Shown here: in pieces, positions 47,756-58,682 of the stretch | Layout: each line of letters starts with the position of its first letter | Numbering within the stretch: position 1 is the first letter of the stretch | Assembly (NCBI GenBank): GCA_965228895.1 | Contig: OZ245842.1 | Location: 5,216,001-5,280,000 of the forward strand | DNA: 64,000 nt | Source of the DNA: Alphaproteobacteria bacterium | GTDB lineage: Bacteria; Pseudomonadota; Alphaproteobacteria; SP197 | Direction: 5' to 3' | Translations under genes and position numbers: made by a program | The notes under the pieces: generated by a model | Database searches by the model: none | Seen by the model: the letters and a program-made list of their open reading frames with translations, nothing else | Told to the model about the DNA's origin: nothing

Positions 47756-48812
47756 GAAGGGCGGTTAGGCCCTCGCCAACGAGACCGGCGTCGACCAGGG
47801 TGCGCTCGCGCCGCGCCAGTTCGTGGTCGGCCTCAGCCATCATGGCGACCAGGGTCTTGAAATCGGTCGTCGCGGTCCAACCCAGCTTGTCCTTGGCCTT
47901 GGCGGCGTCGCCTTCCAGATGATCGACCTCGGTCGGGCGCAGATAACGCTCATCGAACGCGACATAGTCCTGCCAGTCGAGACCGGCCTGCTCAAAGGCT
48001 GCCTCCAGGAAGTCGCGGACCGAATAGGACCGGCCGGTCGCCACGACGAAGTCGTCCGGCGTGTCGTGCTGCAGCATGCGCCACATGGCATCGACATAGT
48101 CGCCGGCAAATCCCCAGTCGCGCCGGGCATCCAGATTGCCGAGGTAGAGTTTTTCCTGCAGCCCTTCGCGAATACGCCCGACCGCCCGGGTGATCTTGCG
48201 GGTGACGAAGGTCGCGCCGCGTCTGGGCGATTCGTGGTTGAACAGAATGCCGTTGGTGACGAACAGGCCATAGGCTTCGCGGTAGTTCCTGGCGTGCTCG
48301 TGCGCCGCGACCTTGGCGGTCGCATAGGGGCTGCGCGGCTGAAAGGGTGTCGCTTCGCTCTGGCGCGCCGGTGCGTCGCCGAACATTTCCGAAGATCCGG
48401 CCTGATAGAGGCGGACATCGCGGCCCGTGCGCCCGACATAGTCGCGCAGGCACTCCAAGAGCCTGAGCGCGCCCATGGCGACCACGTCGACGGTGTATTC
48501 GGGCTCGTCGAACGAGACGCGGACGTGGGACTGGGCGGCCAGGTTGTAGATCTCGTCAGGCTCGACCGCTTCGATGATGCGGCGCAGCGCGGTGCCGTCG
48601 GTCATGTCGCCATAATGGCCGAACAACCGGGCGTCCGGGTCGTGGGGGTCGCGGTAAAGGTGCTCGATACGGCCGGTGTTAAACATGCTGGCGCGCCGGA
48701 TGATGCCGTGGACGTCATACCCCTTGGCGATCAGCAGTTCGCTCAGATAAGAGCCGTCCTGGCCCGTGATCCCGGTAATGAGAGCGCGGCGTCTACGCTC
48801 AGCTGCGGCCAT
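47748..48812 (-). CDS. gmd: GDP-mannose 4,6-dehydratase
   Basis: [40 protein letters not shown]. Confidence 0.97.
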   Translation of the reverse strand: MAAAERRRRALITGITGQDGSYLSELLIAKGYDVHGIIRRASMFNTGRIEHLYRDPHDPDARLFGHYGDMTDGTALRRIIEAVEPDEIYNLAAQSHVRVSFDEPEYTVDVVAMGALRLLECLRDYVGRTGRDVRLYQAGSSEMFGDAPARQSEATPFQPRSPYATAKVAAHEHARNYREAYGLFVTNGILFNHESPRRGATFVTRKITRAVGRIREGLQEKLYLGNLDARRDWGFAGDYVDAMWRMLQHDTPDDFVVATGRSYSVRDFLEAAFEQAGLDWQDYVAFDERYLRPTEVDHLEGDAAKAKDKLGWTATTDFKTLVAMMAEADHELARRERTLVDAGLVGEGLTALHG

Positions 48813-49005
48813 GGTCACCCTTCTCCCGGTAATCCCGTCGTTTGGTCCCCTTGCGGAGCCGATGAACGCTGTTTCCTGGCCCTTGTCAAGCGGTCACCGG
48901 GGGAAACGCCCGGCGATTGCGGGCCAGTCCATGGTTACGGGCATCTACCTACCATGGAGGGGGCTGATTGCCCCTCAACGCCGCAGGACTTATATCTCCC
49001 CTGTT

Positions 49006-49770
49006 ATGCTGCGAACCCTGTTTCGATCGACGAGCAAGGCCGTGGAGCCGACCGTCGCGCCCGCCGACACGGTGGTCTACGCGATCGGGGACATTCATGG
49101 CTGCCCGGACCTCTTGGACACCCTGCATGGCCGTATCCTCGATCATGCGGCCGCATTGGGCGTTTCGCGCAAGGTCGTCGTCTATCTGGGCGACTATGTC
49201 GATCGCGGCCAGGATTCGCGCGGCGTCATCGATATGCTGATCAAAGGTCCGCTGCCCGGCTTCGAGAGCGTTTTTCTGAAGGGCAATCATGAAGACGCCA
49301 TGCTGAAGTTCCTCTCCGACAGCTCGATCGGCCCGGGCTGGATGGGTTTCGGCGGTGACATGACCTTGCTCAGCTATGGCGTTGATCCCCAAAGCCTGCC
49401 GGCGGCACAAACCGACGGACTGGCGTTTATGCAAGGCCAGCTGGTGAAGAACCTGCCGACCAGCCACAAGCAGTTCCTCGAGAACCTCGTCTTGAGCCAT
49501 AGCGAAGGCGACTACTTCTTCGCCCATGCCGGGGTCAGGCCCGGCGTGCCGTTGGACGGCCAGCGGCCCGAAGACCTGATCTGGATCCGCGACGCCTTCC
49601 TGGAGTGCGCTCAGCCGTTCGGCAAAGTCGTCGTGCACGGCCATTCCATACGCCTGGAGCCGGAGTTCCGGCGCAACCGCATCGGCATCGATACCGGCGC
49701 GGTCTTTACCGGTGTGCTGACTTGTTTGGCCCTATGGGGCGAAGAACGGGATGTCCTCCAGACCGGCTGA
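49006..49770 (+). CDS. Metallophosphoesterase (Ser/Thr phosphatase-like)
   Basis: GDIHG, GDYVDRG, GNHE, HAG, HGH, IDTGA. Confidence 0.92.
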   Translation: MLRTLFRSTSKAVEPTVAPADTVVYAIGDIHGCPDLLDTLHGRILDHAAALGVSRKVVVYLGDYVDRGQDSRGVIDMLIKGPLPGFESVFLKGNHEDAMLKFLSDSSIGPGWMGFGGDMTLLSYGVDPQSLPAAQTDGLAFMQGQLVKNLPTSHKQFLENLVLSHSEGDYFFAHAGVRPGVPLDGQRPEDLIWIRDAFLECAQPFGKVVVHGHSIRLEPEFRRNRIGIDTGAVFTGVLTCLALWGEERDVLQTG

Positions 49771-50416
49771 CCCACGCGTTGGCGACGACGGTATCTGGCG
49801 CGATTTGCGTGTCGCAGCCGGCAGCTTGCGCGACCGCCCGGTCCTGTTCCTGGATCGCGACGGCGTTATCGTCGAAGAGGTAACCTATCTGCATCGCCCC
49901 GGCGACGTCTGCCTGATCGATGGCGTTGCCAGCTTGATTGCCCACGCCGTGCAGTCTGGGGCCGGCGTTGTGGTCGTCACCAACCAGTCCGGTGTCGGCC
50001 GCGGCCTTTATGGCTGGGCCGATCTGGCGGCGGTCGAAGACGAAATTGCGCGGCGTCTGGCTGAGGACGACGCGGCGGTTCAGGCCGTTTTCGCTTGCCC
50101 GTTCCATACCGACGCCCGTCCACCCTATGACACAGACGATCACCCAGCGCGCAAGCCTAATCCCGGTATGCTGTTGATGGCGGCGGCGTTGTTGGATCTC
50201 GACCTCGCGCGATCGTGGATTATCGGCGATCGCGCGACGGATCTCATGGCTGCCAGCCGGGCAGGCCTGGCCGGTGGTCTGCTGCTGGGCCAAGGCTATG
50301 ACGATGGTGAGGCAGAACGCGCCTTGTCGCTCGATAAAGACGGGTTCCAGGCGCGCCGGATCGACCACTTGGACCAAACGATTGACCACATCGCCTGGTT
50401 GGGCGGGGCAGCTTGA
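49751..50416 (+). CDS. gmhB: D-glycero-D-manno-heptose 1,7-bisphosphate phosphatase
   Basis: FLDRDGV, TNQSG, RKPNPGM, IGDR..D. Confidence 0.88.
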   Translation: MSSRPADPRVGDDGIWRDLRVAAGSLRDRPVLFLDRDGVIVEEVTYLHRPGDVCLIDGVASLIAHAVQSGAGVVVVTNQSGVGRGLYGWADLAAVEDEIARRLAEDDAAVQAVFACPFHTDARPPYDTDDHPARKPNPGMLLMAAALLDLDLARSWIIGDRATDLMAASRAGLAGGLLLGQGYDDGEAERALSLDKDGFQARRIDHLDQTIDHIAWLGGAA

Positions 50417-50467
50417 CCGGGTCCCTTCCGGGGTCTATGCGGGAAGCACCGGGAGGGAAAACGGTTT

Positions 50468-51061
50468 ATGGACATCGAGCGGTTCTTCGACGCCGAGCTG
50501 GCGCAGCATAAGGAAGTCGCCGCGGCGACCGGCGCCGAACTGGCCGCGCCGTTCCGACGATTGGTCGATATCGCCGTCGCCAGTATCAAGGCCGACGGGA
50601 AGCTGCTGTTTTTTGGCAATGGCGGCAGCGCTGCCGACGCCCAGCACCTGGCGACCGAACTCACCGTCCGCTATGTCGACAACCGTACAGCCATTGCTGC
50701 AATCGCGCTGACCACGGACACCTCGGCGTTGACCGCGATCGGCAACGACCTGGGTTTCGAACACCTGTATGCCCGCCAGATCGAAGCGCTGGGCCGTGCC
50801 GGGGACGTCGCCATCGGCATCTCGACATCCGGCCGCAGCGCCAATGTCAAACTGGCGCTGCGCCAAGCCCAGGATATGGGCCTGACCGCGGCCGCCCTGA
50901 CCGGCAGCGGCGGCGGCGAACTGGTCGGCTTGGCCGATCCGCTGCTGATGGTGCCGTCGACGGTCACCGCGCGCATCCAGGAGATGCACATCATGCTCGG
51001 TCAGATGCTGTGCGGTGCGCTGGAGATCGAGCTCGGGCTGGCCGAGGATCCGCACCCGTGA
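50468..51061 (+). CDS. gmhA: Phosphoheptose isomerase
   Basis: GNGGSAADAQH, ND.GF, STSG.S, RIQEMH. Confidence 0.95.
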   Translation: MDIERFFDAELAQHKEVAAATGAELAAPFRRLVDIAVASIKADGKLLFFGNGGSAADAQHLATELTVRYVDNRTAIAAIALTTDTSALTAIGNDLGFEHLYARQIEALGRAGDVAIGISTSGRSANVKLALRQAQDMGLTAAALTGSGGGELVGLADPLLMVPSTVTARIQEMHIMLGQMLCGALEIELGLAEDPHP

Positions 51062-52041
51062 TCTTGGTGACAGGCGGCGCCGGTTTCATCGGCTCGAACA
51101 TCGTTGCGGGCCTCGCGGAGACCACCAACAGTCCGATCACCGTTGCCGACGCCGTCAATGACGATCACCGTCGCGCCAACATCGCCAAGCGCAATATTGC
51201 CGATGTCATTGAACCCGATCAGATCATGCCGTGGCTGAAGGGCCGCGGCGATGTCGAAGCGGTCATTCATATGGGCGCGGTGTCGTCGACAACGGAAACG
51301 GATGTCGATCTGATCCTGCGGTCCAACGTTTGGTTGTCGCTCGCCTTGTGGGACTGGTGCGCCGAGCATGGTGTCCCGTTGATCTATGCGTCATCGGCGC
51401 AGGTCTATGGCGATGGCGAACTGGGTTTTGTCGACGATCAATCGATGGCCGCGCTTGAGCAGCTTCGTGCGATCACGCCCTATGGCGCCAGCAAGTTGTT
51501 GTTCGACCAGCTGGTCATGCGTGAGGTCGGCATGGATCATAAGACGCCGCCGCAATGGGTCGGTCTGCGTTTCTTCAATGTCTACGGTCCCAACGAATAC
51601 CACAAGGGCGACCAGCGCAGCGTCATCGTCAAGGCCTACCCGGACCTGGCGGCAGGCGGCCCGATGCGGCTCTTCAAGTCCTACCGCGACGACTATCCCG
51701 ACGGTGGTCAGACGCGTGACTTCATCCATGTGCAGGACTGCGTCGACGTCGTTGCGTGGTTGCTCAAGCATCCCGACGTCAGCGGCCTCATTAACGTTGG
51801 AACCGGCCAGGCGCGCACGTGGTTGGACCTGGCGCATGCCATGTTTGCCGCGCTCGACCGCGAACCCCGGATCGAGTTCATCGAGATGCCTGATATCCTG
51901 CGCGGCCGCTATCAGTACGCGACCGAGGCGGACATGACGAAACTGCGGGATGCCGGCTACACGAAATCGTTTATCAGTCTCGAAGCCGGTGTCGGCGACT
52001 ACGTCAAAAACTACCTGGCTGCGGACGACGCCTACCGATGA
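51058..52041 (+). CDS. hldD: ADP-L-glycero-D-manno-heptose 6-epimerase
   Basis: GTG start overlapping the gmhA stop; [34 protein letters not shown]. Confidence 0.92.
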   Translation: MILVTGGAGFIGSNIVAGLAETTNSPITVADAVNDDHRRANIAKRNIADVIEPDQIMPWLKGRGDVEAVIHMGAVSSTTETDVDLILRSNVWLSLALWDWCAEHGVPLIYASSAQVYGDGELGFVDDQSMAALEQLRAITPYGASKLLFDQLVMREVGMDHKTPPQWVGLRFFNVYGPNEYHKGDQRSVIVKAYPDLAAGGPMRLFKSYRDDYPDGGQTRDFIHVQDCVDVVAWLLKHPDVSGLINVGTGQARTWLDLAHAMFAALDREPRIEFIEMPDILRGRYQYATEADMTKLRDAGYTKSFISLEAGVGDYVKNYLAADDAYR

Positions 52042-53525
52042 CGGACACGAGCTACATTCTTGGAATCGATCAGGGCACGACCAGTTCCCGTGCGGTGTTG
52101 TTCGATGCCGAAGCCAGTCCGGTCACCATGGCCCAGATCGAGTTTCCGCAATACTTTCCTGCCGACGGCTGGGTCGAACACGATCCCACCGACCTCTGGC
52201 AATCGGTCACGGCGGTTGCTCGCCAGGCGCTGGAACGCGCGAACGTCGAAGCCGCAGAGGTCGCGACCATCGGCATTACCAACCAGCGCGAAACGACGCT
52301 GGTATGGGATCGAGCATCCGGCAAGGCGATCCATAACGCCATAGTCTGGCAGGACCGGCGCACGGCGGACCGTTGCGCGGAACTGCATGAGGGTGGACAC
52401 AGCCGCCTCGTTCACGACAAGACGGGCCTGGTGATCGACCCCTATTTCTCCGGCACCAAGATTGCGTGGATCCTGGACAACGTGCCGGGCGCCCGCGAAG
52501 CGGGTGAGCGTGGTGATCTGGCGTTCGGCACGGTCGACAGTTTTCTGATCTGGCGGCTGACCGGCGGCGCCGTGCACGCGACCGACGCGACCAACGCCTC
52601 ACGCACCATGCTGTTCAACATCCACGATCAGACATGGGACGATGAGCTGCTTGAATTGATCGGCGTGCCGCGCGCCATGTTGCCGGAGGTCAAGGACTCA
52701 GCCGATAACTTCGGCACGACGCTCCCCGACATCCTGGGCGGCGCCATCGGCATCGGCGGCGTGGCTGGCGACCAGCAGGCGGCGACCGTCGGTCAGGCCT
52801 GTTTTGAGCCGGGCATGGTCAAGAGCACCTATGGCACCGGTTGTTTTGTACTCGCCAACACAGGCCCGGACGCCATGGCCTCGCAGAACCGGCTGTTGAC
52901 CACCGTCGCCTATCGGCTGGCGGGTAAGACGACCTATGCGCTGGAAGGCAGCATCTTTACCGCCGGCGCGGCCGTGCAGTGGATGCGCGACAAGGTCGGT
53001 CTCTTCATAGACGCCAGCGAAACGGCGGCACTCGCCGCATCGGTCGAGAACAGCGGCGGCGTCTATCTGGTGCCCGCATTCACCGGTCTGGGCGCACCGT
53101 TCTGGGATGCGGATGCACGAGGCGCGCTGTTGGGGCTGACGCGTGACGCCAGCATGGCCCATATCGTGCGCGCCGCTCTTGATGCCGTGTGTTACCAAAC
53201 CCGCGACCTGATGGGGGCGATGGCGGCCGATGGCGCGACGCCGGCGGCGCTGCGGGTCGACGGCGGCATGACGGCGAACGATTGGCTGATGCAGCATCTG
53301 GCCGACATGCTCGACCTGCCGGTCGAGCGTCCGACCATTCCCGAGACCACCGTGCTGGGCGCGGCCTATTTGGCGGGACTGCAGTGCGGCATGTTTGCAT
53401 CGCTCGACGATATCGCCGGGCGTTGGCGGCGCGATGCCCGTTATGACCCCGCGCTTGATCCCGACGAACGCGACCGGCTTTACGCCGGCTGGCAGCGTGC
53501 CGTCGAACGTGTGCTGACCAAATGA
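52038..53525 (+). CDS. glpK: Glycerol kinase
   Basis: [42 protein letters not shown]. Confidence 0.96.
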   Translation: MTDTSYILGIDQGTTSSRAVLFDAEASPVTMAQIEFPQYFPADGWVEHDPTDLWQSVTAVARQALERANVEAAEVATIGITNQRETTLVWDRASGKAIHNAIVWQDRRTADRCAELHEGGHSRLVHDKTGLVIDPYFSGTKIAWILDNVPGAREAGERGDLAFGTVDSFLIWRLTGGAVHATDATNASRTMLFNIHDQTWDDELLELIGVPRAMLPEVKDSADNFGTTLPDILGGAIGIGGVAGDQQAATVGQACFEPGMVKSTYGTGCFVLANTGPDAMASQNRLLTTVAYRLAGKTTYALEGSIFTAGAAVQWMRDKVGLFIDASETAALAASVENSGGVYLVPAFTGLGAPFWDADARGALLGLTRDASMAHIVRAALDAVCYQTRDLMGAMAADGATPAALRVDGGMTANDWLMQHLADMLDLPVERPTIPETTVLGAAYLAGLQCGMFASLDDIAGRWRRDARYDPALDPDERDRLYAGWQRAVERVLTK

Positions 53526-53556
53526 TCATCAAAAACACCATCAGGAGAGTGCGACC

Positions 53557-54474
53557 ATGACCCGTCCAGCCCCGGAGAACGTCACCAAGATCACCTGCGT
53601 CGGTTCGGGCACCATCGGCAGTGGCTGGGCCGCGTGGTTTCTGGCTCAGGGCAGGGACGTCACCATGACCGACCCGGCGCCGGACGCCGAAGCCAAGGCG
53701 CGCGTCAACATCGATCAGGCGTGGCCCTATCTTGAGGAACTTGGTCTGAAACCGGGCGCCAGCCGCGATCGGCTTTCGTTCGAACCGGATCTCGCCAAGG
53801 CCGTCGCCGAGGCAGAGTTCATTCAGGAAAGCGCGCCCGATCGCGAACAGCTCAAGATCGATCTGTTCGCCGAAATCGACGCGGCCGCGCCCGACGACAC
53901 GGTGATCGCCAGTTCCAGCTCGGCCTTCCTGCCGACCAGTCTGCAGTCAAAGTGCCGGCATCCGGAGCGCGCCATCATCGGCCACCCATTCGTGCCGTCT
54001 TATCTGGTTCCGTTGGTCGAAGTCGTCGGTGGCGAGAAGACGGCACCGGAGGTGCTGACATGGTCGCACGCCTTCTATGAGGCCGCGGGCAAGAAGGCGA
54101 TGACGTTAAAGAAAGAGATCGAAGCCTATGTCGCCAACCGCCTGCAGCACGTCATTTTCCAGGAAGCATCCAGTCTGGTCGCCCAAGGCATCTGCGGTTT
54201 CGAAGACATTGATACCGCGATGAGCTACGGGCCCGGCATGCGCTGGGCTTTTGCCGGACCGGTGATGTGCTATCACCTGGGCGGTGGCAAGGGCGGCGTG
54301 CGCCACATGATCGATCACTTCGGTTGGACCGGCGAAGAAAAGGACAAGCAGGCGCTGATCGCCTCGGTCGATGCGATGGTGGGTGACGCGTCGGTGCCGA
54401 CCCTGGAGGCTTGGCGCGATGCCAACCTGGTCGCGATGCTGAAGGCCCTTCAGCCGCCGCCTCAATCCGACTGA
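53557..54474 (+). CDS. 3-hydroxyacyl-CoA / L-carnitine dehydrogenase-like
   Basis: GSGTIGSGW, IQESAP, SSSS, GHPF.P.YL.PLVE, ANRLQ, GPGMRW. Confidence 0.85.
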   Translation: MTRPAPENVTKITCVGSGTIGSGWAAWFLAQGRDVTMTDPAPDAEAKARVNIDQAWPYLEELGLKPGASRDRLSFEPDLAKAVAEAEFIQESAPDREQLKIDLFAEIDAAAPDDTVIASSSSAFLPTSLQSKCRHPERAIIGHPFVPSYLVPLVEVVGGEKTAPEVLTWSHAFYEAAGKKAMTLKKEIEAYVANRLQHVIFQEASSLVAQGICGFEDIDTAMSYGPGMRWAFAGPVMCYHLGGGKGGVRHMIDHFGWTGEEKDKQALIASVDAMVGDASVPTLEAWRDANLVAMLKALQPPPQSD

Positions 54475-54485
54475 CCGGCTTCGCT

Positions 54486-55493
54486 TTGACCGACGCCGGC
54501 GAACACGTACTGAGGCAGACGTGGCAGCGCGCTGTGCCGGCGCTCAGTGCTGATCAAGACCGGCTGCGCGATGTGCTGGCTCAGGTCGTTCCAGCCGCGA
54601 CGCTGCGCGATGTCGCTCCCTTGTCCGGCGGTCTGGCCAACACGAACCTGCGTTTGTCGTTGAACGGGGAACCGCGTGATCTGGTTCTGCGCCTCTACCA
54701 ACGCGACCCCCAACAAATGATGAAAGAGGCGGCGATCGCAGCACGCTTGATAGGCCGCGTCCCGGTCGCCGCGTTCCTTCATGTCGAACCGGATCCGCAG
54801 CAGCTTGGCGCGCCCTTTGCGCTGCTCGAATGGGTTGATGGTGTCACGCTGGACAGCGTGTTGCCGGAGCTTGATGCCGAACAACTCGACGCAGTCGGTG
54901 AGACGCTCGGCCGGTTGCTGGCGACGATGCATGGCGAACATTTTTCGGAAGCGGGTTTTCTGGACGGCACGCTCCACGTTTGCGAGCCCATCGAAACCGG
55001 CGGTGCCGGTTTGATCGACTTCTGTACCCATTACATCGCGGATAGCCACGTGCGAACACGTTTGGGCAAAACGCGGTTACGTAGACTCCAAGAGTTTGTC
55101 GAGCAGCACGCCCACAGACTTGATGCATGGCGGGGTAAGCCCTGCCTCACCCATGGTGACTTCGGCGGATCGAACATTCTGGTATCCCTGCACGACAAGC
55201 AGGTTGGTGTCGCGGCGGTCCTTGATTGGGAGTTCGCGTTCGCAGGCTCGCCGTTCTTCGATCTCGGAAATCTGACGCGCGCACCGCTCGGCGACAGCGC
55301 CGAATTCAGTTTGGCCCTGGAACGTGGCTACCGCGATGTCGACAGTGATCTACCCGGGACGTGGCAAGACTTGGCTCGTTTGGTCGATCTCACGGCATGG
55401 ATTGATTTTGCCGCCAGGCCGGCCATCCCAGACTCGGTGCTCGAAACCGCCCACGTTGTCATCGACACAACCATAGGCGATGCGAACGGCTAG
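54486..55493 (+). CDS. Aminoglycoside/choline phosphotransferase (APH) family protein
   Basis: GGLANTN, HGDFGGSN, LDWEFA. Start uncertain. Confidence 0.82.
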   Translation: MTDAGEHVLRQTWQRAVPALSADQDRLRDVLAQVVPAATLRDVAPLSGGLANTNLRLSLNGEPRDLVLRLYQRDPQQMMKEAAIAARLIGRVPVAAFLHVEPDPQQLGAPFALLEWVDGVTLDSVLPELDAEQLDAVGETLGRLLATMHGEHFSEAGFLDGTLHVCEPIETGGAGLIDFCTHYIADSHVRTRLGKTRLRRLQEFVEQHAHRLDAWRGKPCLTHGDFGGSNILVSLHDKQVGVAAVLDWEFAFAGSPFFDLGNLTRAPLGDSAEFSLALERGYRDVDSDLPGTWQDLARLVDLTAWIDFAARPAIPDSVLETAHVVIDTTIGDANG

Positions 55494-55945
55494 CTCGCCG
55501 GGACAATATCGCAAACAAGCGCGGTCGCCGGTTCGTCACCTTTGTTCCAGATCCAGTGAACGGTACTTTCGTCTTCGACGATGCCGTTCGGGTCGTCGGC
55601 GGCATACACGATCTCGCCGTCTGGGCGGCCTTCGGTCCACGCGCCCGACAAGACCTTGACCAGCCCCGGACGGGTCGCATGATCGTGCTGGGCAATCTGG
55701 CCGCCGGGTTCAATGGTGATTTCACGCAGTTGCAGCACGTAACCGCTTAGACCTATCTGCGCGCTCATTGACGTCTCCGAGACAAGGCCAACGGCGTCGA
55801 CGGTGAGACCTATGTGCTCCGTCGGCGGTGCAATTTCGGCAACACCTTTGCCGCCGATAAAGCCGAGTGTAAGACCAAGGGCGGTAGATAGAGCGGCTAT
55901 GACCGCCATGTTCGATCCGCGGTTTCGAGTCCTGGTTGCGATCAT
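55490..55945 (-). CDS. Exported cupin-domain protein
   Basis: N-terminal hydrophobic segment; IEPGG..HDH, E...VHW.WN.G. Confidence 0.75.
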   Translation of the reverse strand: MIATRTRNRGSNMAVIAALSTALGLTLGFIGGKGVAEIAPPTEHIGLTVDAVGLVSETSMSAQIGLSGYVLQLREITIEPGGQIAQHDHATRPGLVKVLSGAWTEGRPDGEIVYAADDPNGIVEDESTVHWIWNKGDEPATALVCDIVPAS

Positions 55946-56050
55946 GAACGCCTCCCCTGCTTGGATTGAACCTGGCAGCAGACTAGGATTGTGGTTCCAC
56001 GAGCGGCAAACGATCATGTTTCATTGCCGCATGAATGGGATTCACGTCTG

Positions 56051-56959
56051 ATGAGACGCAATCTTCCACCATTTGCGGCTATTCGCGCGTTTGAGGCGGC
56101 CGCGCGGCACCAAAGTTTCAAGTCGGCCGCCGAAGAGCTCCATCTCACCCAGTCGGCGATCAGTCACCAGGTGAAGGGGCTCGAGGAGTTCCTTGGCGTT
56201 TCCCTGTTTCACCGGAGTGGGCATGGCGTCGAGCTGACGCCATGCGGTTCCGACTACGTCGCCGAAATCTCGTGTATTCTCGATCGCTTGTCGACGTCCA
56301 CCGAGTGCATCACCGGTGTCTCGACGTCGGGCGTTCTCAAGGTTCGTATGACGCCAGGGTTCGCAAGCCGCTGGCTGACGCCGCGCTTGTCGCGGTTTTC
56401 GGCATCCTACCCGGGTATCATCGTTGAGATCAGCACCACGGCCGAACCATTTCGGTTTCCCGATGATGATACCGACGTGCTGATACAGTACGGCAAAGAG
56501 CCGGCTGACGGTTTTCGGGTCGAACCGTTCATGGCGTCGGGCCGGGTACCCGTCTGCAACCCAAGCATACTGAAGGACGCTCCGACGATCAGAACACCGG
56601 GCGACCTGTTGAAGCTAACACTGCTGCGCGATCTGGTGGGCGATGACTGGTCTGCGTGGTTTGCGTGCGCCAAAGCCAAAATGCCTGCGAACATGGATGG
56701 GCCGCTCTTCGAGCACTGTGAGTTGACGTTGCGTGCCGCTGAGGAGGGGCAAGGTGTCGCCTTGGGGTATACCGCCTTGATTGGCCGAGCGTTGGCCGAC
56801 GGCCGATTGACGCGGTTGTTCGAGTTGGAGACGGCTCCAAAGGTAATCTATTCGCTGACCTGTCCGGAGGCGTGGGTCAATCATCCGCGTATCGCCGCGT
56901 TCCGGAACTGGATCACAGAGGAGGTCTCACGGGAATCCGAGGCCGAGCGGCTCATGTGA
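56051..56959 (+). CDS. LysR family regulator (GcvA-like)
   Basis: FEAAARHQSFKSAAEELHLTQSAISHQVK; WL.PRL..F; GQGVAL. Divergent from the cupin gene. Confidence 0.95.
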   Translation: MRRNLPPFAAIRAFEAAARHQSFKSAAEELHLTQSAISHQVKGLEEFLGVSLFHRSGHGVELTPCGSDYVAEISCILDRLSTSTECITGVSTSGVLKVRMTPGFASRWLTPRLSRFSASYPGIIVEISTTAEPFRFPDDDTDVLIQYGKEPADGFRVEPFMASGRVPVCNPSILKDAPTIRTPGDLLKLTLLRDLVGDDWSAWFACAKAKMPANMDGPLFEHCELTLRAAEEGQGVALGYTALIGRALADGRLTRLFELETAPKVIYSLTCPEAWVNHPRIAAFRNWITEEVSRESEAERLM

Positions 56960-57031
56960 GATAGCGGCCAGCGAGCGGCCATGTCGCTGCCGTGCGATGC
57001 CATTCCAAGACTGGTCGAGAGAAATTCAGCT

Positions 57032-57934
57032 TCAGGTCGGCTGTCGATAGATGGACGTCTCCGTCGGCGGCCCATCAGTCAAAACGCGACCGGTCTCCGT
57101 CATGTGGATCAGGTGAGCCAGCACGGAGCGGCGCGCGGCGGGATGCAGACGCGGATGCACGTCGGCATACATGACCTCTACCATATCCGCGATGGTGTGT
57201 GTGCCTGACCCGATCTGCTGCATGATCTGAGCCTCGCGCGCCAAACGGTGGTCAATCAAGGCACGCACATGGGCCGCCGGATCGGTGATCGCGGGACCGT
57301 GGGTCGGGTAGTAGATGCGATCGTCGCGGGAAAGCAGCAATTCCAAACTTTTCATGTAGGCCGCCATGTCGCCGTCGGGCGGCGAGACGACCGTTGTCGA
57401 CCAGCCCATCACGTGATCACCGCTGAAGAGCGCGCTTTCTTCACGCAAGCCAAAGCATATGTGGTTCGACGTATGGCCGGGTGTGAAAACCGCTTCGACC
57501 GACCATCCGCTACCTTCGATCACATCGCCATGGCGGATCTCGTGGTCGGGCGCGAAATCGTGGTCGGCGCCTTCCTCGACGACGATGCCGGGTTCCGGCC
57601 GGCCGGAACCGTGCGGACCGAAAGCCCATGTTTCGGCGCCTGTCGCCTGCTTCAGCAAGGCCGCACCCGGCGAATGATCCATGTGGGTGTGGGTCACCAG
57701 CTGGTGGGTCACGGTCTCGCCGTCGAGCGCCGCCAGAACGGCATCGATGTGCCGGGGGTCGGCAGGCCCGGCGTCGACGACGGCAACGTCGCCGCGGCCA
57801 ATGATGTAGGTGCCGGTGCCGTGATAGGTGAAGGCCGATGGGTTGTCGGCGACGACACGGCGGACCAGCGGCGAAATCTGCGTCACCTGGCGATAGGCGA
57901 CGCTCTCCTCAAAGACGAAGGGGACAGCGGACAT
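57032..57934 (-). CDS. MBL-fold metallohydrolase (LACTB2-like)
   Basis: THTHMDH, TPGHTSNH, SGDHVMGWST, P.HG. Confidence 0.92.
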   Translation of the reverse strand: MSAVPFVFEESVAYRQVTQISPLVRRVVADNPSAFTYHGTGTYIIGRGDVAVVDAGPADPRHIDAVLAALDGETVTHQLVTHTHMDHSPGAALLKQATGAETWAFGPHGSGRPEPGIVVEEGADHDFAPDHEIRHGDVIEGSGWSVEAVFTPGHTSNHICFGLREESALFSGDHVMGWSTTVVSPPDGDMAAYMKSLELLLSRDDRIYYPTHGPAITDPAAHVRALIDHRLAREAQIMQQIGSGTHTIADMVEVMYADVHPRLHPAARRSVLAHLIHMTETGRVLTDGPPTETSIYRQPT

Positions 57935-57967
57935 GGGCGGCAGCCTAGCGGCTGCCACCCGCATCCG

Positions 57968-58579
57968 TCATCCCATGAAGTGTTTGTTTGCTTCGCCCTG
58001 TTTCGGCCGTTGGGCCTCGACCTGCAGGTCGATCTCCTCAATGTCGCCGACACTGCCGGCGCCATAGGTCATGCCGAAATCGTTGCGATCGATGCTGGTC
58101 GTCGCGAAGTACCCGACGATCTCGACCGTGTCGTCCCAGGGGTAGCTGCCGGTGCCGTTGAACGTGGCATCCAAGGTCACCTCCCTCGTGACGCCCAACA
58201 GGACGAGGACGATGACACCCGTCGGCCATAGCTCGCCGAGTGCCCGCTCGCCGCCGATCCACAATATCGCGGCGACGCCGGCGAGCGCAGCCACAACCCG
58301 CACGGCAGGTGATGGCAGACGGGCCAGGTCAACAACCAACCCGACGACGGCGGCCAGAACGAGGATGTAGAACATCTTGCGGTTCGCGCCGGCAGGCGGA
58401 AAGTCCGGTATGCCAAAGGTCACGCCATAGGCCGCCAACACGCCCAAGGCGATGGCCAACGCAGCAACCTTGCGGCCCCAGTCGGGGCCGCCGATCAGGC
58501 GAATCAATCCCGTGCCGGCCAGACTCACCAGCAGTGGGACGATCGCGGTTTGGACGATCGGATTGGCTAACGAGAACAC
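57968..58579 (-). pseudogene. Chimeric ORF: membrane-protein N-terminus fused to a YceI-family C-terminus
   Basis: About 5 TM helices, then an abrupt LLGVTREVTLDATFNG...ATTSIDRNDFGM...I.LQVEA (YceI C-terminal strands). Confidence 0.6.
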
Positions 58580-58682
58580 GTTCCCCCGACGTTATCGGCT
58601 GCCCCCAGCGCGCAACAAACAAAGTCGCGCTTGGGCGTGGTCGAGTAACATGATGGTGAGACCGCGTGATCGGCGGCTCGGC

